Origin: Desulfocapsa sulfexigens DSM 10523
GTDB lineage: Bacteria; Desulfobacterota; Desulfobulbia; Desulfobulbales; Desulfocapsaceae
Reading direction: 5' to 3'
Length of the DNA stretch: 32,000 nucleotides
Assembly: GCF_000341395.1 (NCBI RefSeq)
Contig: NC_020304.1
Location: 2,190,001-2,222,000, forward strand
Part shown: positions 17,989-26,129 of the stretch, piece after piece
Position numbering within the stretch: position 1 is the first letter of the stretch
Layout: each line of letters opens with the position of its first letter
Made by a program: the position numbers and the translations under genes
Notes under the pieces: model-generated
What the model saw: the letters and a program-made list of their open reading frames with translations, nothing else
Database searches by the model: none
What the model was told of the DNA's origin: nothing

Positions 17989-19380
17989 ATGGAGCAAAAT
18001 AGATATATTAACTTCCTCATCGCCTCGTTCTTCCTTTTGATCTTCTTTTTTCTGTATGCATCAGCCATAGATTTTTCCGCTCCCGGTATCTTGAATCATA
18101 ATGTCATATTTGATATTGATCCTGAAAGAGTTGTTAATGACATGGCAGGTAGTGAACAGATAGTAGAAGTCCATAAACATCCACTATATGGTTTGTTTTT
18201 TCGCGCCATAATGCCGCCCATTATTGAACTGTGTGAGACTCTAAGGACAGGATTAAATCATCACGAAAGCTATTCTTTTGAGATAATTGAAAAGATCACT
18301 CAACAGCCACTCGAGATAACGGCAGTAACTTTTCTTATCTGTTTTGCTGGAGCGTGCAGTGTCGCTATTTCTTTTTTGATCTTTACTCGATTTCTCAACA
18401 ATCGTTTTGACGCAATATTTTTTACGTTGTTGTTTGGACTCTCTCCACCTGTATGGGTTCTGTCTTCAGTTCCTGAAACGTTTTCCCTGAATCTTCTCTG
18501 TATCGTGTGTGCGTTCTATCTCCAAGCAACCCTGCCTTGTAAAACGTTTTCACAAAGAAATATGGGGCATAGTGTATTTTTCTTACTGGGATTTGTTGCC
18601 ATTGGTATCACATTGCCCAATATTATTTATGTGGCAGTCTGCTATCTTTTGTATCTCAATAGGCAGCAGTTGCAGATATGGCAGTTTGCTGGGACAATGT
18701 TTATTTATTCTATTGCGTTGTATGGTGCAGTTGCCCTGGGATCTTTTATTCAATCCAATATGTATGCAGTCACCTTTACCCATATAAGTCCAATGGATTA
18801 CAGCTCAGTTTTTATCCGAGAAAATACATGGAACCATAATATTCATCTTGGCAAGGATGTACTGGTGGGCTGTGTACAATTGGGACGCAGTTTCTTTCTT
18901 GAAACACTCATAGCGCCTAAGGTTATTTTACACGTATACCACTATGTGGACTCGTGGCGCATTCTTGCATTTTCCTATAAGGTTTCTTGGGTTTTTATAT
19001 TGGGCGTGTTTGGCTATTGCGTTGCTTTGATTTCATGTGTCAGGGTATTATTTCGCCCGGACGTCTGGTCTGGCGAAGTCATTATTGCAATTTTTATAAT
19101 AGGTTTTAATTGTCTGTTTCATACGTTTGTGCATGGGCTTGGTATTCCATTTATTTATTCAATACATGTGGTCTTTCCCTTACTGTTTCTTCTGGCCGTT
19201 GCATATAAGGCCAACGCTTTTCATTTTAAGAAAGTATTTCTTGTGGTGTTTGTCTGTACAGTTATTCTAAATAACTCTCTTTTTATTAGCAGGATCAATA
19301 GTATCATAAAAAATGATGACCCCACTATGCTGGGCCGACTTGAAAATAGTCACGGCCCAACACAACCTAATGCGGAATGA
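17989..19380 (+). CDS. Polytopic membrane protein, probable GT-C-type glycosyltransferase or related
   Basis: About 10 hydrophobic helices. First-loop acidic/basic motif FDIDPERVV...VEVHKHPLYGLFFRAIMPP, and FTLLFGLSPPVWVLSSVPETFSLNLLC, as in GT-C/ArnT-like proteins. Confidence 0.6.
   Translation: MEQNRYINFLIASFFLLIFFFLYASAIDFSAPGILNHNVIFDIDPERVVNDMAGSEQIVEVHKHPLYGLFFRAIMPPIIELCETLRTGLNHHESYSFEIIEKITQQPLEITAVTFLICFAGACSVAISFLIFTRFLNNRFDAIFFTLLFGLSPPVWVLSSVPETFSLNLLCIVCAFYLQATLPCKTFSQRNMGHSVFFLLGFVAIGITLPNIIYVAVCYLLYLNRQQLQIWQFAGTMFIYSIALYGAVALGSFIQSNMYAVTFTHISPMDYSSVFIRENTWNHNIHLGKDVLVGCVQLGRSFFLETLIAPKVILHVYHYVDSWRILAFSYKVSWVFILGVFGYCVALISCVRVLFRPDVWSGEVIIAIFIIGFNCLFHTFVHGLGIPFIYSIHVVFPLLFLLAVAYKANAFHFKKVFLVVFVCTVILNNSLFISRINSIIKNDDPTMLGRLENSHGPTQPNAE
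19331..19359 (+). repeat. Inverted repeat at the 3' end of the GT-C-like CDS
   Basis: TGGGCCG (19331-19337) ... CGGCCCA (19353-19359), with an additional ACT/AGT pairing inside. No U-tract follows. Confidence 0.4.
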
Positions 19381-19543
19381 GTGAGGACATGAAAGGATTT
19401 CTAAGGTGCTAATAGCTTCTTTTGGCACCGCTAGTGGTTTTTATATGTCAGTATTGGTTGGGGGGTGTGCGTTAAAAGATGATACGAGCATGTTGTACCT
19501 CCATCCTGGCTGCCGTTGAATGTGTTCTGACAATCATAAAAGC

Positions 19544-20623
19544 TTAGAAGGTTGATCGAGTGGTTATATCCTCAAAGACTTGTTGGACTTGAAGTAACAA
19601 TTCTGAAGGGATTTCTTCAGTATCCGTCTCATAACTTCTTGGCTGACGAAATCTGCTGGCCTGTTCAATAAAAAGCTCGCTCTGCTCTATACCTATTTTC
19701 TCAGCCAATAGTCTGAGCCCTTCTACTGGATTCGCAATTAGCCTGTCATACGAAAGGAACAGAGCATGCGAGGAAGCTGTGGCGGCAAGATAGCCATAGC
19801 ATGCGCACCAATAGGCCAGCCAAAATGACAGTGAATTTGTGGCCTTATACGGAGTGTCATTGAGCCAGTTTGAGAAATTAACAGGTTTTAGGGTGCGACC
19901 GAAGTCGTAATGTCCAATTGCTTGCATATAGGATTTTGCGAATTTGTCGTCAGCATGAATTTTTAGGAAATTCTGGTGCTGTTGCAGCAGTGAGGAAGCA
20001 TGAGCTATCGGGTCACGATATAAAATCACTGTGATGGAGTCGGGGAATATTTTTCTTAAATAATTGACACGGGATATGTTTAAGTTGTTTTTTGAGATAT
20101 AACGTATAGTTGCAATATTGTTTGAGGCAGATAAAACAATAATTTTTCGAATATGATCCCTTAAAAAATGTTCGAAATCTCGATCGCGCTGCCCCGCCCA
20201 CGCCTCTATGTGCCCCTTTTTATAGTTTGATCTCCAGAAAGTGCGCCAAACAATTTCTTCAAATGCCTCCGGGCTGTCTATGCCCACCATCATACCATCA
20301 CCATGCGCCCGCTCTCTTTCTTTATCATTGCTTTGAAATGATTGAGAAAAACGATTCCATAACAGCGGTGTCAACACGAAAGGCATATTTCGGTAACTAT
20401 GACTGGTGAACTCATCAATAGTATTACAAAGCTCCAATAGTAAGGTGGTGCCAGCCCTTGGCAGCGCTGTGATAAATACCGGACGCTTTACGTCTATGCT
20501 CGAGAGTCTTTCAGCAAATAGTGTGTTTTCAAAATCTGATAATGCTGCCTGGGCAGTCCAGGAGAAAAACGCTATTTTGTGCAATACTCGATCAAGAAAG
20601 CCGTAACGATTTTCAAAGGCCAT
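19544..20623 (-). CDS. Sulfotransferase family protein (PAPS-dependent)
   Basis: PRAGTTLLLELCNTIDEF (5'-PSB-like loop), VILYRDPIAHASSLLQQHQNFL (3'-PB-like), and C-terminal QPRSYETDTEEIP. Confidence 0.85.
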   Translation of the reverse strand: MAFENRYGFLDRVLHKIAFFSWTAQAALSDFENTLFAERLSSIDVKRPVFITALPRAGTTLLLELCNTIDEFTSHSYRNMPFVLTPLLWNRFSQSFQSNDKERERAHGDGMMVGIDSPEAFEEIVWRTFWRSNYKKGHIEAWAGQRDRDFEHFLRDHIRKIIVLSASNNIATIRYISKNNLNISRVNYLRKIFPDSITVILYRDPIAHASSLLQQHQNFLKIHADDKFAKSYMQAIGHYDFGRTLKPVNFSNWLNDTPYKATNSLSFWLAYWCACYGYLAATASSHALFLSYDRLIANPVEGLRLLAEKIGIEQSELFIEQASRFRQPRSYETDTEEIPSELLLQVQQVFEDITTRSTF

Positions 20624-20625
20624 CG

Positions 20626-21003
20626 TTATTTTTTCCTAAACAGCCAAAGGATTACGTACACAAAGACAGTACTAGCGAGAATGAATTGCCAAGTTAATGT
20701 GAAATAGATAACAGCCATCATCGATAAAACCCCTGTTTGCTCCAGCAGCCATATAAGACCAACAGGAAGTCCTATAGCCGCTGCACTGCTGAAGAAAATC
20801 AGGATAAAAAGGCTAAACAGCTTGATGGCATGTTTTTGAAGGGCCTGCTCTTTTTGTCGATCATCCAGAGTGGAGTTTTGCATCACTGAAGCAGCCTCTT
20901 TCGCAATCGCAAGAACCTTGAGACTATTGTCTACCAGCCGCAACCCCTTCAAAAGAATAATAAACCCAACGACCAGTATAATTGCACCGACCAAAGTACT
21001 CAC
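20626..21003 (-). CDS. Small membrane protein of unknown function
   Basis: 125 aa with several TM helices (GLPVGLIWLLEQTGVLSMMAVIYFTLTWQFILASTVFVYVILWLF). Overlaps the upstream gene by 4 nt (21000-21003). Confidence 0.7.
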   Translation of the reverse strand: MSTLVGAIILVVGFIILLKGLRLVDNSLKVLAIAKEAASVMQNSTLDDRQKEQALQKHAIKLFSLFILIFFSSAAAIGLPVGLIWLLEQTGVLSMMAVIYFTLTWQFILASTVFVYVILWLFRKK

Positions 21004-21317
21004 TGATTTGGCTTATCACTGTTAGATGGATTATCTTCAGCAGCATCTCGATTCATGGGGGCTTGCTCCAACCGTTCTTCCAGGGATTCATTGGCATAGA
21101 CATTTTTCTTTCTCAGTAGTCTTTTTATTGGAAACCACAAGAAACCAAGGATGGCAACAACCACGGCAAAAATTAAAGCTAGTAGTGAACCTATAGCGGA
21201 CAAACCAGTGCCGGGCCCAACGTAAGCGAATGCGGTAGCAGGAATAAAAACGAAGCTAAGGCAAAATAAGCATGTTGAATGGTAAATTTTCATGAACAAA
21301 TCTCTAAATTTGAGCAT
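21000..21317 (-). CDS. Small 'YVGPGxGLSAIG' membrane protein of unknown function
   Basis: Signal-like N-terminus ending ATAFAYVGPGTGLSAIGSLLALIFAVVVAILGFLWFPIKRLLRKK. Confidence 0.75.
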   Translation of the reverse strand: MLKFRDLFMKIYHSTCLFCLSFVFIPATAFAYVGPGTGLSAIGSLLALIFAVVVAILGFLWFPIKRLLRKKNVYANESLEERLEQAPMNRDAAEDNPSNSDKPNQ

Positions 21318-21370
21318 TGAGTAATGGTACTAAATTGTACATTCCCTTTCCAGATAAACGTGTACGTTTA

Positions 21371-22711
21371 CTACTGACATGACTCCCTCGCATCAGAAAA
21401 AAATTTCTGATCCATTGCAATGGGCAGGCGCTGAGCATCATCCACTATACCTGCCAGCCCACCAGCAATAATATTCATGTAGTCCCACACTATTTCGTTG
21501 TCTCCTGTAATCTCCACTACACGCCCTTTAGTCGACTCGACCAACAGCATATTGCCATTAGGTAAACGTTGGTGCTTTCCCATAATATGAGTGAAGAATG
21601 GCGTTTCTTGACTGCCCTCAAATACGGTGTTCACAGTATTATCACGAGTATCCCATAAGACTATTCGGCTTGACGGATTTTTGACATCTGGCAATAAATT
21701 ATTGTTATCAAAAATAGTCACTGTATTACCGTCGACGAAATCAGGATCGTGCTGGCGTAATACCTGACCTATGCTGGATGCTTTGAGCTTGTGGGTAGCG
21801 CCATCAAAAACCATAACGGAATTAATGTTTCGTAGTGAAATCATGATGTCACCCGTTTGAAAAATTCCCGACGTCATTTTGTTGGAAAATATCTCAATAT
21901 CGTTAAGGTGTAAGGTATCTCCATGCACTACAGTATCCCAATTATCTATGCTGGACATATATAACAACCCAGACAGTCCATTATTATGAAGAAGATCAAA
22001 AATAGAAATTTCTTCCAGTAGTTTACCACTCGAAGATACTTTGAGAATCGTGAATTCCTGAAATATTGTGTGGTAATTGGGGATTGAGGCCTCTTTGTCG
22101 TAGTGATTAATTTGACCTGGCACCCAGAAATTCCCCTGATCGTCTCGATCTATAGAGTGGTGAGTTCGATGGGGGAAATTCCATACCACATTACCGCAAG
22201 CGTCCATGCGAGTAAGCCCGACCCTTTCCAGATTAAAAACAATATCACCATTTTCTATAACTTTTACACCGTGAACATGAGTGCCAGGGGCTGATTTAGG
22301 TTGGTCTTCTTCAGGTATATGATTAAAGTCAGGCCAAATTTGAAATGGGTCTATAGACCAGCGATGAATCTCATTTCCCTGATCATCGACAACAAGTATT
22401 CGAAAGTCTTTTTGCTGAGTAATTCCACTAATTACAGTCAGACCTTGCTGCATTAAGACGGGGGATCGAGTGAGCACCCGATCAACACGGGCTGTTTCGC
22501 TAAAATAAAATGGCAAAGCAGCTGCCTCATTACCGACCATTTCAAGCAGACCACTTTTTGCAAGGTTAAATCCACTTTTAATATACTCATAAGGAAATAA
22601 TTTGAATTCACTGACAGCCAGACCGCAGGAGAATAGAACCATTGCAATTGACAGGCAAAAGAGCCCAAGAGATAAAGAATCTAGATGTTTACTTAAAGAT
22701 TTTTTGGGCAT
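21371..22711 (-). CDS. Arylsulfotransferase (ASST)-like beta-propeller protein
   Basis: PGTHVHGVKVIENGDIVFNLERVGLTRMDACGNVVWNFPHRTHHSIDRDDQGNFWVPGQI, and FTHIMGKHQRLPNGNMLLVESTKGRVVEITGDNEIVWDY; N-terminal TM. Confidence 0.85.
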   Translation of the reverse strand: MPKKSLSKHLDSLSLGLFCLSIAMVLFSCGLAVSEFKLFPYEYIKSGFNLAKSGLLEMVGNEAAALPFYFSETARVDRVLTRSPVLMQQGLTVISGITQQKDFRILVVDDQGNEIHRWSIDPFQIWPDFNHIPEEDQPKSAPGTHVHGVKVIENGDIVFNLERVGLTRMDACGNVVWNFPHRTHHSIDRDDQGNFWVPGQINHYDKEASIPNYHTIFQEFTILKVSSSGKLLEEISIFDLLHNNGLSGLLYMSSIDNWDTVVHGDTLHLNDIEIFSNKMTSGIFQTGDIMISLRNINSVMVFDGATHKLKASSIGQVLRQHDPDFVDGNTVTIFDNNNLLPDVKNPSSRIVLWDTRDNTVNTVFEGSQETPFFTHIMGKHQRLPNGNMLLVESTKGRVVEITGDNEIVWDYMNIIAGGLAGIVDDAQRLPIAMDQKFFSDARESCQ

Positions 22712-22808
22712 GCTTCTTTCTAGCCGAGGTTGTTAGTCTTGGGATATATTGATGAAAAAATGTAATAAAGCCTCTATATTCAAGTGAATCGCTTCCAGAA
22801 CCCATTCA

Positions 22809-23816
22809 CTAAAGCCATCCTGATTTCCGATACCAGGCAACCGTTTTTTTTATCCCATTTTCCAAAGTCCAATGGGGCCGAAATCCAAGCTCAATTTGTA
22901 TGCATTTGGAACTGCAAAGCCAACCAGCCTGTTTGATCTCACACCATTTATCAGGGTTTAAATCCTGCGGACGGTTGCTAAGGCGTCCCAGTAAACCCAT
23001 AATCTGACAAGCAATCCATATAAGAGATAATGGCAGTGTCAGGAGGAAAGCGCGTGGATTTATGTGTGCGGCGATTGCGTTCATCAGAGTGTCCCAGGTA
23101 TAGGACTTGCCGTCTGTTACATAGAACGTTTTTCCATTTGCCGCATCTGTTGTACCAGCCAGAAGAATAGCCCTTACCAGGTCATCCACATAGATAAGAC
23201 TGACAGGGAAATCTCTGAAGCCACTCTTTATCATAATTCCATGGGAAGTTGCTTTAAAGAGTGGCTTCATTCCATGATCTCTGGGACCAAAGACAATGGA
23301 AGGCCTGAGGATAACGACCGGAAATTGATCCGCGATGGAGAGAACCACTTTTTCTGCTTCCTTCTTGGACTGGCCATATGCTGAGACTGGCAGTGAGTTT
23401 GGCGCCGATTCATTCACCCCTGGTTCCTTGGAACATGGTCCCGCGGCGGCCTGGCTGGAAATGTAAACGAGTTTCTGATGGCTCGGGGCATGTTGAGTGA
23501 TGAGTTGTACCAGGTTGCGTGTGGTGTCCAGATTGCCCTTGAAGTATTCGGATTTCCTGACGGCCTTCGTTGTTCCTGCGACATGAAAGACGATATCTGC
23601 TTTTTGTATCTGTGCTCCAAGTGAGGCTGGATTGTTGAGATCTCCTGAAAGCAGTTCAATATCTTTATGTTGTAGATGACGGGCTTTTGTTTCTGAGCGG
23701 ACAAGACAGCTTACTGAGTAGTGACGTTTGATAAGCTCGAAAACCAGATTTGTCCCGATAAATCCAGAGCCTCCGGTGACAAAAGCGTGCAGTTGCTTTG
23801 CTCCTTCGGTAGTCAT
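22809..23816 (-). CDS. NAD(P)-dependent epimerase/dehydratase (extended SDR, 3-beta-HSD/CerR-like)
   Basis: HAFVTGGSGFIGTNLVFELIKR, VFHVAGTTKA, YGQSKKEAEK, PVVILRPSIVFGPRD. The track ORF starts at 23906, but MTTEGAKQLHAFVTGG starting at 23816 (ATGA overlap with the upstream gene's stop) is more likely. Confidence 0.9.
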   Translation of the reverse strand: MTTEGAKQLHAFVTGGSGFIGTNLVFELIKRHYSVSCLVRSETKARHLQHKDIELLSGDLNNPASLGAQIQKADIVFHVAGTTKAVRKSEYFKGNLDTTRNLVQLITQHAPSHQKLVYISSQAAAGPCSKEPGVNESAPNSLPVSAYGQSKKEAEKVVLSIADQFPVVILRPSIVFGPRDHGMKPLFKATSHGIMIKSGFRDFPVSLIYVDDLVRAILLAGTTDAANGKTFYVTDGKSYTWDTLMNAIAAHINPRAFLLTLPLSLIWIACQIMGLLGRLSNRPQDLNPDKWCEIKQAGWLCSSKCIQIELGFRPHWTLENGIKKTVAWYRKSGWL

Positions 23817-24895
23817 GGAATTTCTTTTCGTATAATGCTCAAAACTTTGCCGTTTTTCCCCACTCGGTATTGAATGCCTGCCCAGCCAATAACCATCGAA
23901 AACCACGTTCGGATGTGACAGTACGCTGCCATAGTGAGGGCCGCAAGAGATGCGGGGAACCAGGAAAAAAATGATCCTGGAGAAGGATGTTTGGAATAAA
24001 GAAAAATTGTGAACAAGAAAAATAAGAAAATACAGGGAAGACTGTATTGGAGCAGGAACCTGGAATAGGGAAAAAACAGGCTTATTATGGTGATGCCAAG
24101 ACTTGCCAGAACAGAGATTGCAGCAACAATACTCAGAAGACCTGTCACAATCCAGAGTACGGGGAAAATAAATTTAAGATAGGCCCACTGTCTTGTCAGC
24201 CAGATAATCCAGCTGGTAACACTTAAGTCACTGAGATGTGTTTTGAGGTCAGTTTTGTCTGGGATAGCTACTGGGATATTGTTTTTCTGTAACAGTTTGG
24301 CAAGGCTGACATCATCAACAATATTTTCCTTCCAGGTGTCAGCGACGGAGATGTTCTCAAAAACTTCTCGTCTTATTGCCGTTGCACCGCCCCATGGCTG
24401 GCCAAGGAAAGGTAATCTACGGATAAGGCTGAGGGTGAGTACACAAATTGCTCTTCCCTGTGAGCAAGTACAGGAGCCTTTTGAGTAAATTTGATGATAG
24501 CCGGAACTCACCATACATGAAGTATGCGAGAGTAAGGGGTGGAGGAGGCAATCCAACCAATCTGGAGGAGCTGTGTGGCCGGAGTCACAAAATACCAAAA
24601 TATCCGGTTTGTTTCCCACTTGCTGTACCCCTACGAGTAGGTTGTGGTTCTTTTGGCTGCAGCTTATGGCTCTGCCGGAATAGGTGTATGTTGCTCTTTT
24701 GTTTTCCTTTGTGATCGCAGTAATAATAGGTGTTGCAGGGTCGTTTTCGTCCTGAAGAACAAAAATGACATTGAAAGATTGATAATCCTGATTAACCAAG
24801 GTTTTCAGGTTCTCTGCAAGAACCGGTGATGCTCCAGTAACCGGTACAATGAGCGATACAAAAGGAACTGGTTTGACTGTGTTGTTGTCGCTCAT
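23813..24895 (-). CDS. Glycosyltransferase, ceramide glucosyltransferase/HpnI-like (GT2/GT21)
   Basis: VSLIVPVTGASPVLAENLKTLVNQDY, DILVFCDSGHTAPPDWL, GQPWGGATAIRREVFENI, WKENIVDDVSLAKLLQK, WLTRQWAYLK (Q/RxxRW-like region), and TM helices. Confidence 0.85.
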   Translation of the reverse strand: MSDNNTVKPVPFVSLIVPVTGASPVLAENLKTLVNQDYQSFNVIFVLQDENDPATPIITAITKENKRATYTYSGRAISCSQKNHNLLVGVQQVGNKPDILVFCDSGHTAPPDWLDCLLHPLLSHTSCMVSSGYHQIYSKGSCTCSQGRAICVLTLSLIRRLPFLGQPWGGATAIRREVFENISVADTWKENIVDDVSLAKLLQKNNIPVAIPDKTDLKTHLSDLSVTSWIIWLTRQWAYLKFIFPVLWIVTGLLSIVAAISVLASLGITIISLFFPYSRFLLQYSLPCIFLFFLFTIFLYSKHPSPGSFFSWFPASLAALTMAAYCHIRTWFSMVIGWAGIQYRVGKNGKVLSIIRKEIP

Positions 24896-24912
24896 TGTGC
24901 TTTCGCCATTAT

Positions 24913-26058
24913 TTATATAAGATCTTTTTCGTATACTCTGTAACGTTTATCCGGTTTGAGTCCACCATCTTCGTAAAGACGATTCATTGCATCATTATCC
25001 TCCAGAGACCATCCGAGTTCCGCATACTGATATTTCGGTAATTTTTGTATTAAGTCAATGAGGTACTTGAAGGCCAGTAATGGCAAACCCATCTGGCGAT
25101 ATTGTTCTTTGATACCAAAAAGCAGTGCTCGAAACCCGGTTATTTCAGATTCGTAGAGAACCTTTTTGAAAAGAGCGCTAATTCCAAGTTTACCGTTGAA
25201 GCGTTTGAGGAGTGGATTGAAGTCGGGCAAAAAGAGGCAGATTCCGGCTAATTCATTCTTGTAATACATAAAGAAGGCAAATTCCGGTTCCAGGATGGGG
25301 AGAAGGTTTTTAGCAAGTTCTATCTCTTCGTCTTCTGTGGTCGGGACAAACCCCCAATTGTCTTTCCAGCATTCATGGTAAACAGAGCAGAGGAGGTGGA
25401 TATCTTCTTTAGTCCATTTTTTGGGGTAATAAATCGATACGTCTCCTTTTTGATAGAGTTTGTCGGAGAGTGAAAAAACCCATTCCGGAACTTCAATATC
25501 CTTGGTGAAACGGTATGAAAAGAGATCTTTTTCTTTTCTGAACCCTGCAGCATGAATGAGTTCAAGATAATAGGGTGGGTTGTACGACATCATGAGGGCT
25601 GGTGGTTTGTCGAAACCCTGAATTAATAATCCTGTTTCATAATTAGTGGAAGGGTTTAAAGGCCCGCGGAGAAAGGTCATCCCCTCTTCAATAACCCATT
25701 GTTCCACTGCCTGAAACAATGCGAGTGCGGCTTCAGGGTCATTTTCACATTCAAAGAATCCCCAGGCGCCCATTTTTTCGTCATGGTAAGCATTGTAATT
25801 ATTATCAACCAGGGCGATGATTCGGCCAATAGTCTGGCCATTCCTCCTGGCCAGGAAAAATTCTCCTTTAGAGAACTTCCAGAAAGGATGTTTTTTTCGA
25901 TCCAGTAACCCGGCTACTGAGGATTTTAAAGGTGGTACCCACAAAGGGAAGTCCTCGTAAATTCTCCACGGCAGTTCGATAAATTCCGCAAGTTCTTTTC
26001 GTGTTTGAACCGTGGAGATTATAACTCCGGCACTGTAATTTGTATGAGGCTTCCACAT
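24913..26058 (-). CDS. GNAT-superfamily acyltransferase-like protein (about 380 aa)
   Basis: WRIYEDFPLWVPPLKSSVAGLLDRKKHPFWKFSKGEFFLARRNGQTIGRIIALVDNNYN...GFFECENDPEAALALFQAVEQWVIEEGMTFLRGPLNPSTNYETGLLIQGFDKPPALMMSYNPPYYLELIHAAGF. Confidence 0.8.
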   Translation of the reverse strand: MWKPHTNYSAGVIISTVQTRKELAEFIELPWRIYEDFPLWVPPLKSSVAGLLDRKKHPFWKFSKGEFFLARRNGQTIGRIIALVDNNYNAYHDEKMGAWGFFECENDPEAALALFQAVEQWVIEEGMTFLRGPLNPSTNYETGLLIQGFDKPPALMMSYNPPYYLELIHAAGFRKEKDLFSYRFTKDIEVPEWVFSLSDKLYQKGDVSIYYPKKWTKEDIHLLCSVYHECWKDNWGFVPTTEDEEIELAKNLLPILEPEFAFFMYYKNELAGICLFLPDFNPLLKRFNGKLGISALFKKVLYESEITGFRALLFGIKEQYRQMGLPLLAFKYLIDLIQKLPKYQYAELGWSLEDNDAMNRLYEDGGLKPDKRYRVYEKDLI

Positions 26059-26129
26059 GGTTTCTGTCTGGTGCGAAATAAAAGAAACACCCTTTTTCCT
26101 GTTCTATGGTTGTTGCAAGGGGGTAAAAG

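Noticed and set aside
19331-19359. Rho-independent terminator for the GT-C-like gene
   Set aside because: The inverted repeat is real but lies within the CDS end and is not followed by a T-run, so it was recorded only as a repeat.
23817-23906. N-terminal extension MVFDGYWLGRHSIPSGEKRQSFEHYTKRNS of the SDR ORF
   Set aside because: It overlaps the upstream GT coding sequence. The ATGA junction at 23813-23816 is a typical translational-coupling start and leaves a standard SDR N-terminus.
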